From: Myxococcota bacterium
GTDB taxonomy: Bacteria; Myxococcota; XYA12-FULL-58-9; JABJBS01
Length of the DNA stretch: 64,000 nucleotides
Reading direction: 5' to 3'
Assembly: GCA_036339465.1 (NCBI GenBank)
Contig: JAYZAY010000059.1
Location: 46,471 to 110,470, forward strand
In this document: piece after piece, positions 37,843-48,538 of the stretch
How the letters are laid out: every line of letters starts with the position of its first letter
Position numbering within the stretch: position 1 is the stretch's first letter
Notes under the pieces: model-generated
The model's database searches: none
Told to the model about the DNA's origin: nothing
The model's input: only the letters and a program-made list of their open reading frames with translations
Position numbers and translations under genes: made by a program

Positions 37843-39078
37843 TTATTTCGTTTTACTTTGGTTGAGAATCACACCATGGGCTTTTAGTCTCATGGCGTTG
37901 ATTCGAATAAATCCTCGGGAGTCAGTTTGGTCGAATCCACCGGCGATGTCCATACTGGAAAGGTCCTGATTGTAAAGACTGCTTGGAGATTGTCGCGCTA
38001 CCGCCATGGCTGAGCCCTTGTAGAGGTTGAGGGTTACCACGCCGTCGATGAGCTCGCTACTTTTGGCAATCGCGGCTTGGAGGAAGTCCATTTCGGGGCT
38101 GAACCAGAATCCATTGTAAATGATTTCAGCCAGTTTCGGAGCGAACATATCTCTTAGCCGCAGAACTTCTGCATCCATGGCGATGCCTTCGATATCTCGA
38201 CGGGCGATATGGAGAATGGTGCCTCCGGGGGTTTCGTAGATGCCTCGGCTTTTGATACCGATGAAGCGGTTTTCGACAATGTCAATTCGGCCGATGCCAT
38301 GCTTTCGGCCCAGTTCGTTTAGAAAGAGAAAGAGGGGGAGTGGGTCTGTTTCTACGCGGCCGCTTTCCTGGCTTTTGACCCGAATTGGGATACCATCCTT
38401 GAACTCAATTTCGATGGTTTCTACTTTATCCGGTGCCTTGGTTGGGTTGGTGCACACGGTGAAGATAGCATCATCGGCGATGTGATTTGGATCTTCGAGG
38501 AGTCCCGATTCATAGCTTTTATGCATCAGGTTTTCGTCGGTGCTGTAGGGTTTTTTCAGGGTGACGGGGATATGGATGCCGTGTTCTTCGGCGAAATTAA
38601 TGAGGTCGGTCCGACCCTGGAATTTATCGAGGAATTCTTGGTCTTTCCAGGGGGCATAGACTTCGAGATCGGGGGCGAGGGCCGCGTAGCCCAACTCAAA
38701 TCGAATTTGGTCGTTTCCTTTGCCTGTAGCGCCGTGGGAAACATGTGTCGCGTTGTATTCCCGGGCGACTTCTACCTGAGCCTTGGTGATAATCGGACGG
38801 GCGAGGGCAGTTCCCAAGAGATAACGGTTTTCATAAATCGCATTGCCGGCGATGGAAGGGTAGATATAGTCTTCCACAAACTCGCGCTGGACGTTACGAA
38901 GCACCACAGCATCGGCGCCGGTGATTTCGGCGTTGCGTTTGACTTGCTCGAAATCCTCCTCTTGTCCCACGTCGGCAATGAAGGCGATGACGCGGAAATC
39001 CTTGAGCTTTAGCCACTTAAGGATACAGCTTGTATCAAGGCCACCCGAATAGGCTAAGACAATGGTTTTTTCAGTCAT
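37843..39078 (-). CDS. argG: Argininosuccinate synthase
   Basis: [47 protein letters not shown]. Confidence 0.98.
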   Translation of the reverse strand: MTEKTIVLAYSGGLDTSCILKWLKLKDFRVIAFIADVGQEEDFEQVKRNAEITGADAVVLRNVQREFVEDYIYPSIAGNAIYENRYLLGTALARPIITKAQVEVAREYNATHVSHGATGKGNDQIRFELGYAALAPDLEVYAPWKDQEFLDKFQGRTDLINFAEEHGIHIPVTLKKPYSTDENLMHKSYESGLLEDPNHIADDAIFTVCTNPTKAPDKVETIEIEFKDGIPIRVKSQESGRVETDPLPLFLFLNELGRKHGIGRIDIVENRFIGIKSRGIYETPGGTILHIARRDIEGIAMDAEVLRLRDMFAPKLAEIIYNGFWFSPEMDFLQAAIAKSSELIDGVVTLNLYKGSAMAVARQSPSSLYNQDLSSMDIAGGFDQTDSRGFIRINAMRLKAHGVILNQSKTK

Positions 39079-39286
39079 GGGTAGAGACCTCCGGTGCTAA
39101 GTCATCATTACATTTCGAAAGGGCTTCATCTCTGACCTGGTCCGTCTCCGTCAAGTAAAAGTTTCTAAATCATTGATTTACCTCGATGAGTTGACGGGCA
39201 AACATGGGGGAATTCAAGTGTTCGATGGACTCTCTTTTCGTGGCTTGCCCCTTGATGATGTTGCGCTGGGTGATTACTAGAGACTT

Positions 39287-39982
39287 ATGAAAAAGAGCGA
39301 CAAAGCAGCCAAGATTGTTGATATCCTGCAGGAAAAGTTTCCCGAGCCCCCCATTCCCCTGAATCACGAGGATGCCTTCACCCTTTTGGTGGCGGTTTTA
39401 TTGTCTGCCCAATGCACCGACGAGCGCGTGAATAGGGTGACACCGGGGCTTTTTCGGTTGGCCAATCATCCCAAGGCCATGGCTGAGATATCCGAGGGGG
39501 AAATCCTCTCCGCTATTCAGTCCTGTGGTTTGGCGCCCACCAAAGCAAAGAATATCAAGAAGCTCTCCATCACGTTGGCGAAGGAGTACGGTGGGGTGGT
39601 GCCAAAAAACATGGCCATCTTGGAAAGCCTTCCGGGGGTTGGTCATAAGACGGCGTCGGTGGTTATGAGTCAGGCTTTTGGGGTGCCTTCTTTTCCGGTG
39701 GATACTCACATTTTTCGATTGGCCCGGCGTTGGGGGCTGTCTCGGGGTAGGAATGTGGACCAGGTGGAAGTGGACTTGAAAAAGACATTCGTTGAGGATT
39801 TGTGGAATGACCTGCACCTACAAATTATCTATTTCGGTCGAAAGTATTGTCCGGCCCGTGGTCATGTCCCTGAGGACTGCCCGATTTGCTCTTGGGCGGG
39901 GGTGAAAACGATTTTGGCCGAAGAGGCGAAAAAATCGAAGCGTCCGAAAAAGGCTAAGAGCCGAGAAGTTCACGCGTCTTAG
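39287..39982 (+). CDS. nth: Endonuclease III
   Basis: LLVAVLLSAQCTDERVN, HhH LPGVGHKTA, VDTH, C-terminal Cys cluster. Confidence 0.95.
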   Translation: MKKSDKAAKIVDILQEKFPEPPIPLNHEDAFTLLVAVLLSAQCTDERVNRVTPGLFRLANHPKAMAEISEGEILSAIQSCGLAPTKAKNIKKLSITLAKEYGGVVPKNMAILESLPGVGHKTASVVMSQAFGVPSFPVDTHIFRLARRWGLSRGRNVDQVEVDLKKTFVEDLWNDLHLQIIYFGRKYCPARGHVPEDCPICSWAGVKTILAEEAKKSKRPKKAKSREVHAS

Positions 39983-40002
39983 GGCGTGATGGTGCATTTG
40001 GT

Positions 40003-40995
40003 ATGCCTTCCCCACTGATTCGAAGAGCGATTTCAATTTTCACTGTGGTCACCGCTTTTGGGGTGATCCTCATGACGGGGCCCCTGTTGCTTTTGATAGC
40101 GGTGGGTGTGGATTTTCTCATGAATCGGGAAAAATTTCCCCGAAGCCGGTTTGTGGTGTTCATCGCTTGGTTTCTTTTTTGCGAGTTGGGGGGAGTGGTG
40201 TGTGCTTTGGTGATTGGCGGACTTTGCTTTTTTCCAGGGACCTCAGAAAAGACGTACGTCGCGTGGAATTTAGCTTTGCAGCGATGGTGGTCTGGTTCAA
40301 TATTCTCTGGGTTGAAACGTATTTTTTCGCTCAAGATGGAGGTTGAAGGGGTGGAGGCGACAGCCGAGGGGCCCCTGGTTGTGCTGACCCGCCATGTGAG
40401 CAGCGCCGACAGTCTTTTGCCTTCGGCACTGGTCGCCAATCGCTATCACCATAATCTCAGATTCGTCATGAAGGAAAGCCTACAATGGGACCCATGTTTG
40501 GATATTGTGGGAAACCGATTGCCCAATGCCTTCATTCCCAGGAATACGAGAGGCTCCCCTCAAGCCCTGCGCGCCATTGAAAAGGTGGGAATGGATCTCG
40601 ACTCCTCATCGGGCGTGGTGATTTTTCCCGAAGGCACGAGATTCACGCGGAGTAAGCTTGAGGTCTTGCGGACAACTTACACCAAGGGTTCCGGGCGGGC
40701 CGATCCCCATCTCTATGAACACGTGTTGCCGCCAAAGTTTGGAGGTACGGTGGCTCTATTGAAGACCGCCATTGACGCGGATATTGTTTTTTGCGCCCAC
40801 ACTGGTTTGGAGGCGGTGGGCAATATTTGGGATTTGGTCTGTGGTGATTTGATTCATCGTACCATTCGTATCCGTTTCTGGCGCGTCTCCCGGGCTGAGG
40901 TACCTGTGGATGAAGAGGCGCTCCTAAATTGGTTGGTGCAATCTTGGAAAACGCTCGATAGGGCTGTGGGGCACTTGCTGAGCCTGGGGGAATAA
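40003..40995 (+). CDS. PlsC-like lysophospholipid acyltransferase
   Basis: RHVSSAD (HxxxxD), FVMKESL, IFPEGTRFT. Confidence 0.9.
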   Translation: MPSPLIRRAISIFTVVTAFGVILMTGPLLLLIAVGVDFLMNREKFPRSRFVVFIAWFLFCELGGVVCALVIGGLCFFPGTSEKTYVAWNLALQRWWSGSIFSGLKRIFSLKMEVEGVEATAEGPLVVLTRHVSSADSLLPSALVANRYHHNLRFVMKESLQWDPCLDIVGNRLPNAFIPRNTRGSPQALRAIEKVGMDLDSSSGVVIFPEGTRFTRSKLEVLRTTYTKGSGRADPHLYEHVLPPKFGGTVALLKTAIDADIVFCAHTGLEAVGNIWDLVCGDLIHRTIRIRFWRVSRAEVPVDEEALLNWLVQSWKTLDRAVGHLLSLGE

Positions 40996-41012
40996 AGTTA
41001 AGTGAAGAAGAC

Positions 41013-41831
41013 ATGGATATAACTGCGATGATTGAAAATATGAACGCTGTGTGGGAGCAGGCCGCGGGGCCGGCAGGCATGTGGGTGCTCGGTAGTATGA
41101 CGCTTCTCTGGCTGGTTAGTTTGCCCCTGCGGGACGCGAGCATTGCCGATCTTTATTGGGGATTTGGGTATTGCATGGTGGCGGCTTTGGGGCTCCATGC
41201 TTTGGAGCAACCTCTTTTTCGGCATTGGGTTCTTGTGGCTTTGGTGGTGATTTGGGGTATGCGACTTAGCCTCTATTTAGCGATTCGCAATATCGGCCAC
41301 GGTGAGGATTTTAGGTATCGGGCTTTTCGGCGTCATTGGGGGGATAAATATCCTTTCGTGAGTTTTCTCCAGACCTTCATGCTTCAGGGTTGTTTGGTCC
41401 TTATTATTTCGTTACCGGTACAAGCTGGCCTTGTTTCCACCGCTCCGGGATTTGGACTGGTTTCCATATTGGGCTGTGTGGTGTGGGGCATTGGTTTTTT
41501 CTTTGAAGCTGTGGGCGACGCTCAACTTCGGGCTTTTAAGAAAGACCCCACCAACAAAGGCAAAATCATGCGTACGGGGTTGTGGCGCTACACCCGCCAC
41601 CCCAACTATTTTGGCGATACCTGCATTTGGTATGGGGTTTATTTGGTGGCCTGTGGTGGCGGCGGAGCGTGGTGGACTTTGCCAGGACCTTTTCTGATGA
41701 TGTTCTTTCTTTTGCGGGTCTCAGGGGTGCCCATGCTTGAGCATACCATGTCGAAACGGCCTGGCTACGATGATTATGTAGCGACCACCAGCGTATTTTT
41801 CCCCTTACCGCCCAAGAAGGTCACCCAATAG
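41013..41831 (+). CDS. DUF1295 membrane protein (steroid 5-alpha-reductase-like)
   Basis: DASIADLYWG, WGMRL, EDFRY, EAVGDAQL, GLWRYTRHPNYFGD. Confidence 0.9.
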   Translation: MDITAMIENMNAVWEQAAGPAGMWVLGSMTLLWLVSLPLRDASIADLYWGFGYCMVAALGLHALEQPLFRHWVLVALVVIWGMRLSLYLAIRNIGHGEDFRYRAFRRHWGDKYPFVSFLQTFMLQGCLVLIISLPVQAGLVSTAPGFGLVSILGCVVWGIGFFFEAVGDAQLRAFKKDPTNKGKIMRTGLWRYTRHPNYFGDTCIWYGVYLVACGGGGAWWTLPGPFLMMFFLLRVSGVPMLEHTMSKRPGYDDYVATTSVFFPLPPKKVTQ

Positions 41832-41945
41832 GAAGTGATCGATTCCCTGCTTGCTTATATTGGGATGCCCAAATAAACCAAGGCTGCGTAAAACCACAAT
41901 CCATTCTAGGATTGAGCTGATATAGCTTAGGAAGGTATAAAAACG

Positions 41946-42908
41946 TTGACCATCCGATTTGCACAGATTGAGCCCACCACACGGTGCAATTTCACCTGTG
42001 GATTTTGTACTGGCCGAAAGATGTCCCAAGGAGATCTCTCCCTTGATAGTTTCCGAAGGATTCTCGAGTTGCACCCTCAATTAGAGCATATCGAACTTCA
42101 GGGGGAGGGGGAGCCTCTTCTCAACAAGAACTTTGTTCAGATGCTTGAACTGGCCCGAGAAAGAAATATCCGTGTTTCTCTGATCACCAACGGAAGTTTA
42201 CTAACCACCGAAATGATTGATGCGATCCTACGCCTCGAAGTGATGAGCATTCATTGTTCAATGGAGTCGGCGGAGCCTCGAATGTTTCGAGAGATCAGAG
42301 GAGGTAAACTGGAAAAAGTAAGAAAGGGTCTCATGTTGCTCGTCAAGGAGCGAAATAAGAGAGGTCTTAAGTTTCCAACCATTGGGCTTGCCGTTACGGT
42401 TCTACGAAAAACAGTTGATGCTATGCCGGGTATGATTGAGCTTTATGGTGAGATGGGCCTCGATGCGGGGATCTTTGTCCAGCCCTTACAAAAGATGGCT
42501 GTCTACACACGTGCCTATGATGAGGATATGAAACGCCAGCTTCTCAGCCACGAGGATTTACACGCCTACAACAATACCTTGCGCGGAATGGATGGGTTGC
42601 AATCAATCCTCAGAAACAAGAAAAATATTTCGTCGTTTTATCGTGCCTTGGGCAAAAGTATCCAGCCCGGTGAGTCGGGGTGCCCATGGCTTTTGCACGG
42701 TACCTATATCAATTACGCTGGCGACGTGATGCCTTGCTGCACCATCAAGGATACGACGCTGTCTGGTTTGGGCCATATTCGTAACACGCCGCTTTCAAAA
42801 CTCGACGAAGGCCGCAGAAAAATGAATCAACAGATTGTTGAAGGGGCTATCCCGATGGCTTGTGAAGGATGCGGAATTGCAAATAAATTCCAGCGAAAAA
42901 AAACATAA
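41946..42908 (+). CDS. Radical SAM protein with SPASM/twitch domain
   Basis: CNFTCGFC, GEGEPLL, ITNGSLL; C-terminal CPW...GDVMPCC...CEGC. Confidence 0.9.
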   Translation: MTIRFAQIEPTTRCNFTCGFCTGRKMSQGDLSLDSFRRILELHPQLEHIELQGEGEPLLNKNFVQMLELARERNIRVSLITNGSLLTTEMIDAILRLEVMSIHCSMESAEPRMFREIRGGKLEKVRKGLMLLVKERNKRGLKFPTIGLAVTVLRKTVDAMPGMIELYGEMGLDAGIFVQPLQKMAVYTRAYDEDMKRQLLSHEDLHAYNNTLRGMDGLQSILRNKKNISSFYRALGKSIQPGESGCPWLLHGTYINYAGDVMPCCTIKDTTLSGLGHIRNTPLSKLDEGRRKMNQQIVEGAIPMACEGCGIANKFQRKKT

Positions 42909-42941
42909 AGAAGTAACCGACCATGGCAATAGCAATCTTTG

Positions 42942-43889
42942 TCAGTGTATCCCCATGGGCACCCACCCTGGGGCGGGCAGCCTAAAGGTCGCAATTTTCC
43001 CTCTTGGATATTCCAAACTCAAACACCAGGCGTGAAGGCAGAGTTTGTGTTTGCCCGTGACCATTTCAGGAGCATCGTTGGCCTCCAACCCATAACCTGT
43101 GTCCCCCACGATTGGATGGCCCACGTGATTGGCGTGGATTCGGATTTGATTGGTACGGCCTGTGACTGGTTGCGCCATCAAGATGGACTCGTTTTTGGGT
43201 AGGGATGCTACCCAGGTGAAGTGGGTTAGGGCTTCCACCCCAAACCTCTCCGACACCTCTCGCCGTCCGTGTTTGCCTGGTTTGTTCTCGATGCGGGCGT
43301 CCACCGAAAAGCGCAGTGCTTGGGGATACCCTCGTACTTTTAGTAAATAGGCTTTTTTCACCGCTCGGCGTTGAAATTGTCCCTGGATGAAGCGGGCCGT
43401 TTCTTTGTCTTTGGTCAATACCTGAATGCCGCTGGTATCGGCATCCAAGCGGTGGGCCGGCAGGAATTTCTCTCCAGGGCAGACAGCTTCCAAGAGTCGC
43501 ACCAGGGTGTGTTTCTCGAATCTGCCACTGGGGTGGACTGGCAAGGGCGCTGGTTTGGCGACCACGACCACCCTTTCGTCTTCGAAGAGCACCCGAATGT
43601 CTGGCGAGATGAGTGGCTCGGTTATTTGGCGTTTGGTGTAGTAGACGATGGCTCCGGCGCCGATGGGGGTATCCAAGGCGCATTTCCGGTGATCGACCTC
43701 CAGGTCTCCGGCGGCATAGGCTTCTACCCAGCGTTCGTTTGGTATGTGGGGGCAGAGGGCCTGCAAGCAGGTGAGCACCGTTTTCCCGTGGAGTCGACCT
43801 GGCACTCGAATCATACGGGTGCCATCGTGGGCTGTGGCTCCGGGTTGGGTCTGGGCTAAGGCCCGAACTTTGGCTTCCAGTTCGCTCAT
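42942..43889 (-). CDS. RluA-family pseudouridine synthase
   Basis: AKPAPLPVHP, HRLDADTSG, TGRTNQIRIH, GHPIVGD, LCLHA. Confidence 0.95.
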   Translation of the reverse strand: MSELEAKVRALAQTQPGATAHDGTRMIRVPGRLHGKTVLTCLQALCPHIPNERWVEAYAAGDLEVDHRKCALDTPIGAGAIVYYTKRQITEPLISPDIRVLFEDERVVVVAKPAPLPVHPSGRFEKHTLVRLLEAVCPGEKFLPAHRLDADTSGIQVLTKDKETARFIQGQFQRRAVKKAYLLKVRGYPQALRFSVDARIENKPGKHGRREVSERFGVEALTHFTWVASLPKNESILMAQPVTGRTNQIRIHANHVGHPIVGDTGYGLEANDAPEMVTGKHKLCLHAWCLSLEYPRGKIATFRLPAPGWVPMGIH

Positions 43890-43913
43890 CCCTCTCGCCT
43901 AGCTGAGTGATAG

Positions 43914-45128
<1,215 letters not shown>

Positions 45129-45168
45129 GCGTAGACAGTCATTCATACGTCGGCACCGAGACGTCATT

Positions 45169-46017
45169 TTGGTGGGTGCTATCCTGGTGGCGATTGGCGT
45201 CTTCGTTTCGGCGAAGTGGGATAGCCGTGCAGGGGAGAGTTGGCTCGGTCAAGTTGTCGAAACGGTTACCTACCCTTTTCATCTTATTGTTGATCGCACC
45301 TTGAATGGCATGAATTTTGTTTGGGATCGTTATGTCTATTTAGTTGGTGTCGTGGAAAAAAACGAGCAACTCGGTTCCGAAAATACAGCCTTGATACGAG
45401 AGCTGTCGGTGTTGAGTGAAGTTCGTGAGGAAAATAATCGTCTTCGGGAATTGTTGGCTCTTACCAAGCGATTGCAAAATTCACGGGCATATGTGGCCAG
45501 GGTTGTCGGCTTGTCGGTGAATCCTCTTTTTCGTTCCATCCGGATCGACATTGGTGAGTCCCATGGCGTTTTGGTGGGAGACGCGGTGGTGGTAGCCGAG
45601 GGCATTGTGGGGCGGGTCGCCGAAATTAATGGGGATGTTTCGGAGGTCATTTTGCTCCTCGATGCGAACCATTCAGTTGATGTTTTGGTGCAGCGGACGC
45701 GAGCTCGCGGTAGAGTGAAGGGACGGGGCGGCAATACTCTTGGCATCGAGGTGTCTCGTCTTTCGAGAACCGCAGCAGTTCAACCTGGTGATTTGATCGT
45801 GACCAGTGGCATCGGTAAAGTTTTCCCCCAAGGACTTCCAGTGGCGGTGGTGACCGAGGTCAAAACCAAAGGCTATGGGGTGCATAAAACCGTCGATGCT
45901 CGACCCCAGGTTGATTTTAGCAAATTGGAAATGGTGCTGGTGATTCTTGGGAGTGGTGACTTCACGGAAACGAGTGAGTCGCCCTCACCTTTGGCCGAGG
46001 GGAGTAAGGTCCGGTGA
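45169..46017 (+). CDS. mreC: Rod shape-determining protein MreC (true start may lie upstream)
   Basis: EENNRLRELL, IDIGESHGV, GIVGRV, GDLIVTSG...FPQGLPVA; operon position. Confidence 0.95.
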   Translation: MVGAILVAIGVFVSAKWDSRAGESWLGQVVETVTYPFHLIVDRTLNGMNFVWDRYVYLVGVVEKNEQLGSENTALIRELSVLSEVREENNRLRELLALTKRLQNSRAYVARVVGLSVNPLFRSIRIDIGESHGVLVGDAVVVAEGIVGRVAEINGDVSEVILLLDANHSVDVLVQRTRARGRVKGRGGNTLGIEVSRLSRTAAVQPGDLIVTSGIGKVFPQGLPVAVVTEVKTKGYGVHKTVDARPQVDFSKLEMVLVILGSGDFTETSESPSPLAEGSKVR

Positions 46018-46526
46018 AGCATGGTCTTGTCATTTGGTTGGCTTGGACATGTGTGGCTCTTCAATCCACCTTGGGTATTCGCTGGAACATCGCTGGCGTC
46101 ATGCCCGATGTTGCGGTTGTCTTCGTTTGTTTTTGGGCGCTTCAACGTTCCTTTCTCTCTCTGAGCTTTGCCGCCCTTGGCCTGGGCGTAGCATGTGATG
46201 TCTTTAGTGGGGCCCCCTTGGGATTTCACGGCCTGAGTCTTTGTCTATGTGCTTTTGGAGTCAGGCAGACCACGGGTGCGTTTTCTAGGGGGGGGATTGT
46301 CTTTTTTGGAAGCGTGGTGGCATTGGTGACGGTGGCCCATCATGGGCTGATGTATGGGATGTTATGGGGTGGTCGGGGTGATGCGTTTTTTTCGAGTTGG
46401 GCCACTGCAAGTTTGTTGCCGACTGGCTTTATCACGGGCTTGGTGGCAGTTTTATCTTACCCTGTGCTTTGTCGATTGGAAGCTTGGGTTCAACCTCCGC
46501 GTTCCGGAGCGTTGTTGTGGAACTAA
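46014..46526 (+). CDS. mreD: Rod shape-determining protein MreD
   Basis: Hydrophobic 170 aa, MPD motif, GxxxD...GAPLG; lies between mreC and mrdA. Confidence 0.85.
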   Translation: MKHGLVIWLAWTCVALQSTLGIRWNIAGVMPDVAVVFVCFWALQRSFLSLSFAALGLGVACDVFSGAPLGFHGLSLCLCAFGVRQTTGAFSRGGIVFFGSVVALVTVAHHGLMYGMLWGGRGDAFFSSWATASLLPTGFITGLVAVLSYPVLCRLEAWVQPPRSGALLWN

Positions 46527-48538
46527 GTCACGATTTGCCAGCTAGAGCCGGGCTCAAGTTCTTTCGTACCCGCCTTTTTGTCGCAGTGGCTATCGTGGTT
46601 TTGGCGACGCTCGTACTGGGTGGGAGGCTTTATTGGTTACAACTCCTTCGCGGAGAAGAGTTGGCCAATAGAGGGCGGTCCAATTTTGTGCAGGGTGTCG
46701 TGGTGTCTCACGATCGTGGAATTATTTACGATCGAGACGGTCAGATTTTGGTCGACAACCGAGCCTCTTTCGATTTGGCCGTGACCCCCTACTTTTTGGG
46801 TGATGCTGAGCAAGTGCTATCGACTCTAACCACCCTTGGTGAACGGTTGAAGGTGGATTCGGAGGAGGTCAAGTGGTTTAGTGAGCAGGTGAAAAAACAG
46901 CGAGGTCTAAACCGATTTCGTCAGCTGGTGTGGCTCAAAGATTTGAATCCCGCCCAAATGGATTTTGTGGAAACCGAGCGTAGTTTATTGCGTTTGGACG
47001 GGGTTGAAATCGTGGATGGGCGTCGTCGTGCTTATCCCAATGGCTCTTTAGGAGCCCATATCCTCGGGTACGTGAACGAGATTGACCGAGGGTGGTTGGA
47101 GCGAGAAAGAGCGCGGGGTAATCCAGGGGGATACCGTAAGGGTGCTATCCTGGGGCGGGCTGGTTTGGAACGCGAATTGGAAATGGAATTGCGTGGTCGG
47201 GATGGTTCCCGAAATATTATGGTGGATGCTAAGGGACGGTTGCTTTCCCAAAGTGCCTTTGGTGATGAATATCTAAAGCTTGGGGAAGAGGAACCAGAGC
47301 CTGGAAACAATCTTTACCTCACCATTGATAGAGAGCTTCAGGCGATGACCGAAGCAGCTTTTGATGGGGCCGCAGGCAGTGTGGTGGTGATGGATATCAA
47401 AACCGGTGCCATTTTGACCATGGTCGCTGTGCCTTCTTTTGAGCCGAACCTTGTGAGTGGGGCTTTGGAGGCCGATGAAAAAAGGGTCCTGGATGAAAAT
47501 CTACTCAAGCCTTGGCTGAATCGCAGTATCCAAGGTCTCTATGCGCCAGGGTCGACGTTTAAGATTGTGACGAGTTTGGCTGGGCTCGCTTTGGGAGCCA
47601 TTACACCGGAAGAAAAAATCTATTGTCCGGGTCACTACAAATTGGGTCGGCGTAGATGGCGGTGCCATAAGGATGCGGGGCATGGCTATGTAAATCTAAA
47701 GGACGCCCTGAAGGTTTCCTGTGATGTCTATTACTACGATGTATCCATGCGTGTGGGAATCGACAAGATTGCCGAGTGGGGTCGAGCCCTCGGACTCGGA
47801 CAGAAAACGAAGTTGGGGTTGCCCAATGAAAAGTCGGGTGTCATGCCTGACCGTCGATACCACAATCGCGCCCATCGACGCAGTGGAGGCTATCAAAAGG
47901 GGATGGCGTTGAACACATCCATTGGTCAGGGCGATGTTTTGGTGACCCCACTTCAGTTGGCGGTGGCTTATGGCGCCATTGTGAATGGGGGGAGAGTCGT
48001 TGAACCTCATCTTGTGAATCGAATTGAAACTGCGGATAAACGCGTCACGCGAACGACTCTCCAGACAAATGAAATCACAGGCTTGACGTCTCTCTTGGCG
48101 AAAGTTGAAGGTGAAGCCCCAAAGATTAAAGATATTCGTGATACTCGGATCTTGCGAACCCTCGATGTGGATCCAGAAATTCTTCAATTCATCAAAGATG
48201 GATTGGTGGCGGTAGCGCAAGAACCAGGGGGCACCGCCTATTGGCGTCGGTCTAGGACTGTCACCATGGGGGGCAAAACAGGGACTGCGCAGGTGGTACG
48301 GCTGGGAACCGAACGCGAGAAAGCCGAGGATATGGCGTATGTGACTCGCGACCATGCATGGTTTGTGGGTTTCGCACCAGCGGATTCACCTCGTATTGTG
48401 GTGGTGGTCCTCAACGAGCACTCCGGGCATGGTGGTTCGAAAGCCGCACCCATTGCTGTCAAGGTCATCGATGGGTGGGAACGTTTACGGACCCGTCAAA
48501 TGGTAGCCCGTGACCATGGCCCGAGAGCGAGCGAATGA
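46517..48538 (+). CDS. mrdA: Penicillin-binding protein 2
   Basis: RGIIYDR, PGSTFK (SxxK), SCD (SxN variant), GKTGTAQ, DHAWF; GTG 46517 with GGAG SD. Confidence 0.96.
   Translation: MELSHDLPARAGLKFFRTRLFVAVAIVVLATLVLGGRLYWLQLLRGEELANRGRSNFVQGVVVSHDRGIIYDRDGQILVDNRASFDLAVTPYFLGDAEQVLSTLTTLGERLKVDSEEVKWFSEQVKKQRGLNRFRQLVWLKDLNPAQMDFVETERSLLRLDGVEIVDGRRRAYPNGSLGAHILGYVNEIDRGWLERERARGNPGGYRKGAILGRAGLERELEMELRGRDGSRNIMVDAKGRLLSQSAFGDEYLKLGEEEPEPGNNLYLTIDRELQAMTEAAFDGAAGSVVVMDIKTGAILTMVAVPSFEPNLVSGALEADEKRVLDENLLKPWLNRSIQGLYAPGSTFKIVTSLAGLALGAITPEEKIYCPGHYKLGRRRWRCHKDAGHGYVNLKDALKVSCDVYYYDVSMRVGIDKIAEWGRALGLGQKTKLGLPNEKSGVMPDRRYHNRAHRRSGGYQKGMALNTSIGQGDVLVTPLQLAVAYGAIVNGGRVVEPHLVNRIETADKRVTRTTLQTNEITGLTSLLAKVEGEAPKIKDIRDTRILRTLDVDPEILQFIKDGLVAVAQEPGGTAYWRRSRTVTMGGKTGTAQVVRLGTEREKAEDMAYVTRDHAWFVGFAPADSPRIVVVVLNEHSGHGGSKAAPIAVKVIDGWERLRTRQMVARDHGPRASE

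Noticed and set aside
39845..39900. Nth Fe-S motif with only three Cys (CPARGH...CPIC)
   Set aside because: I recognise this as a recurring Nth subfamily variant rather than a novelty, though this was not verified by search.
47696..48355. 219-aa antisense ORF in mrdA, and similar long antisense ORFs in polA, argG and the PKS
   Set aside because: No motifs or SD; expected shadow ORFs opposite conserved genes.
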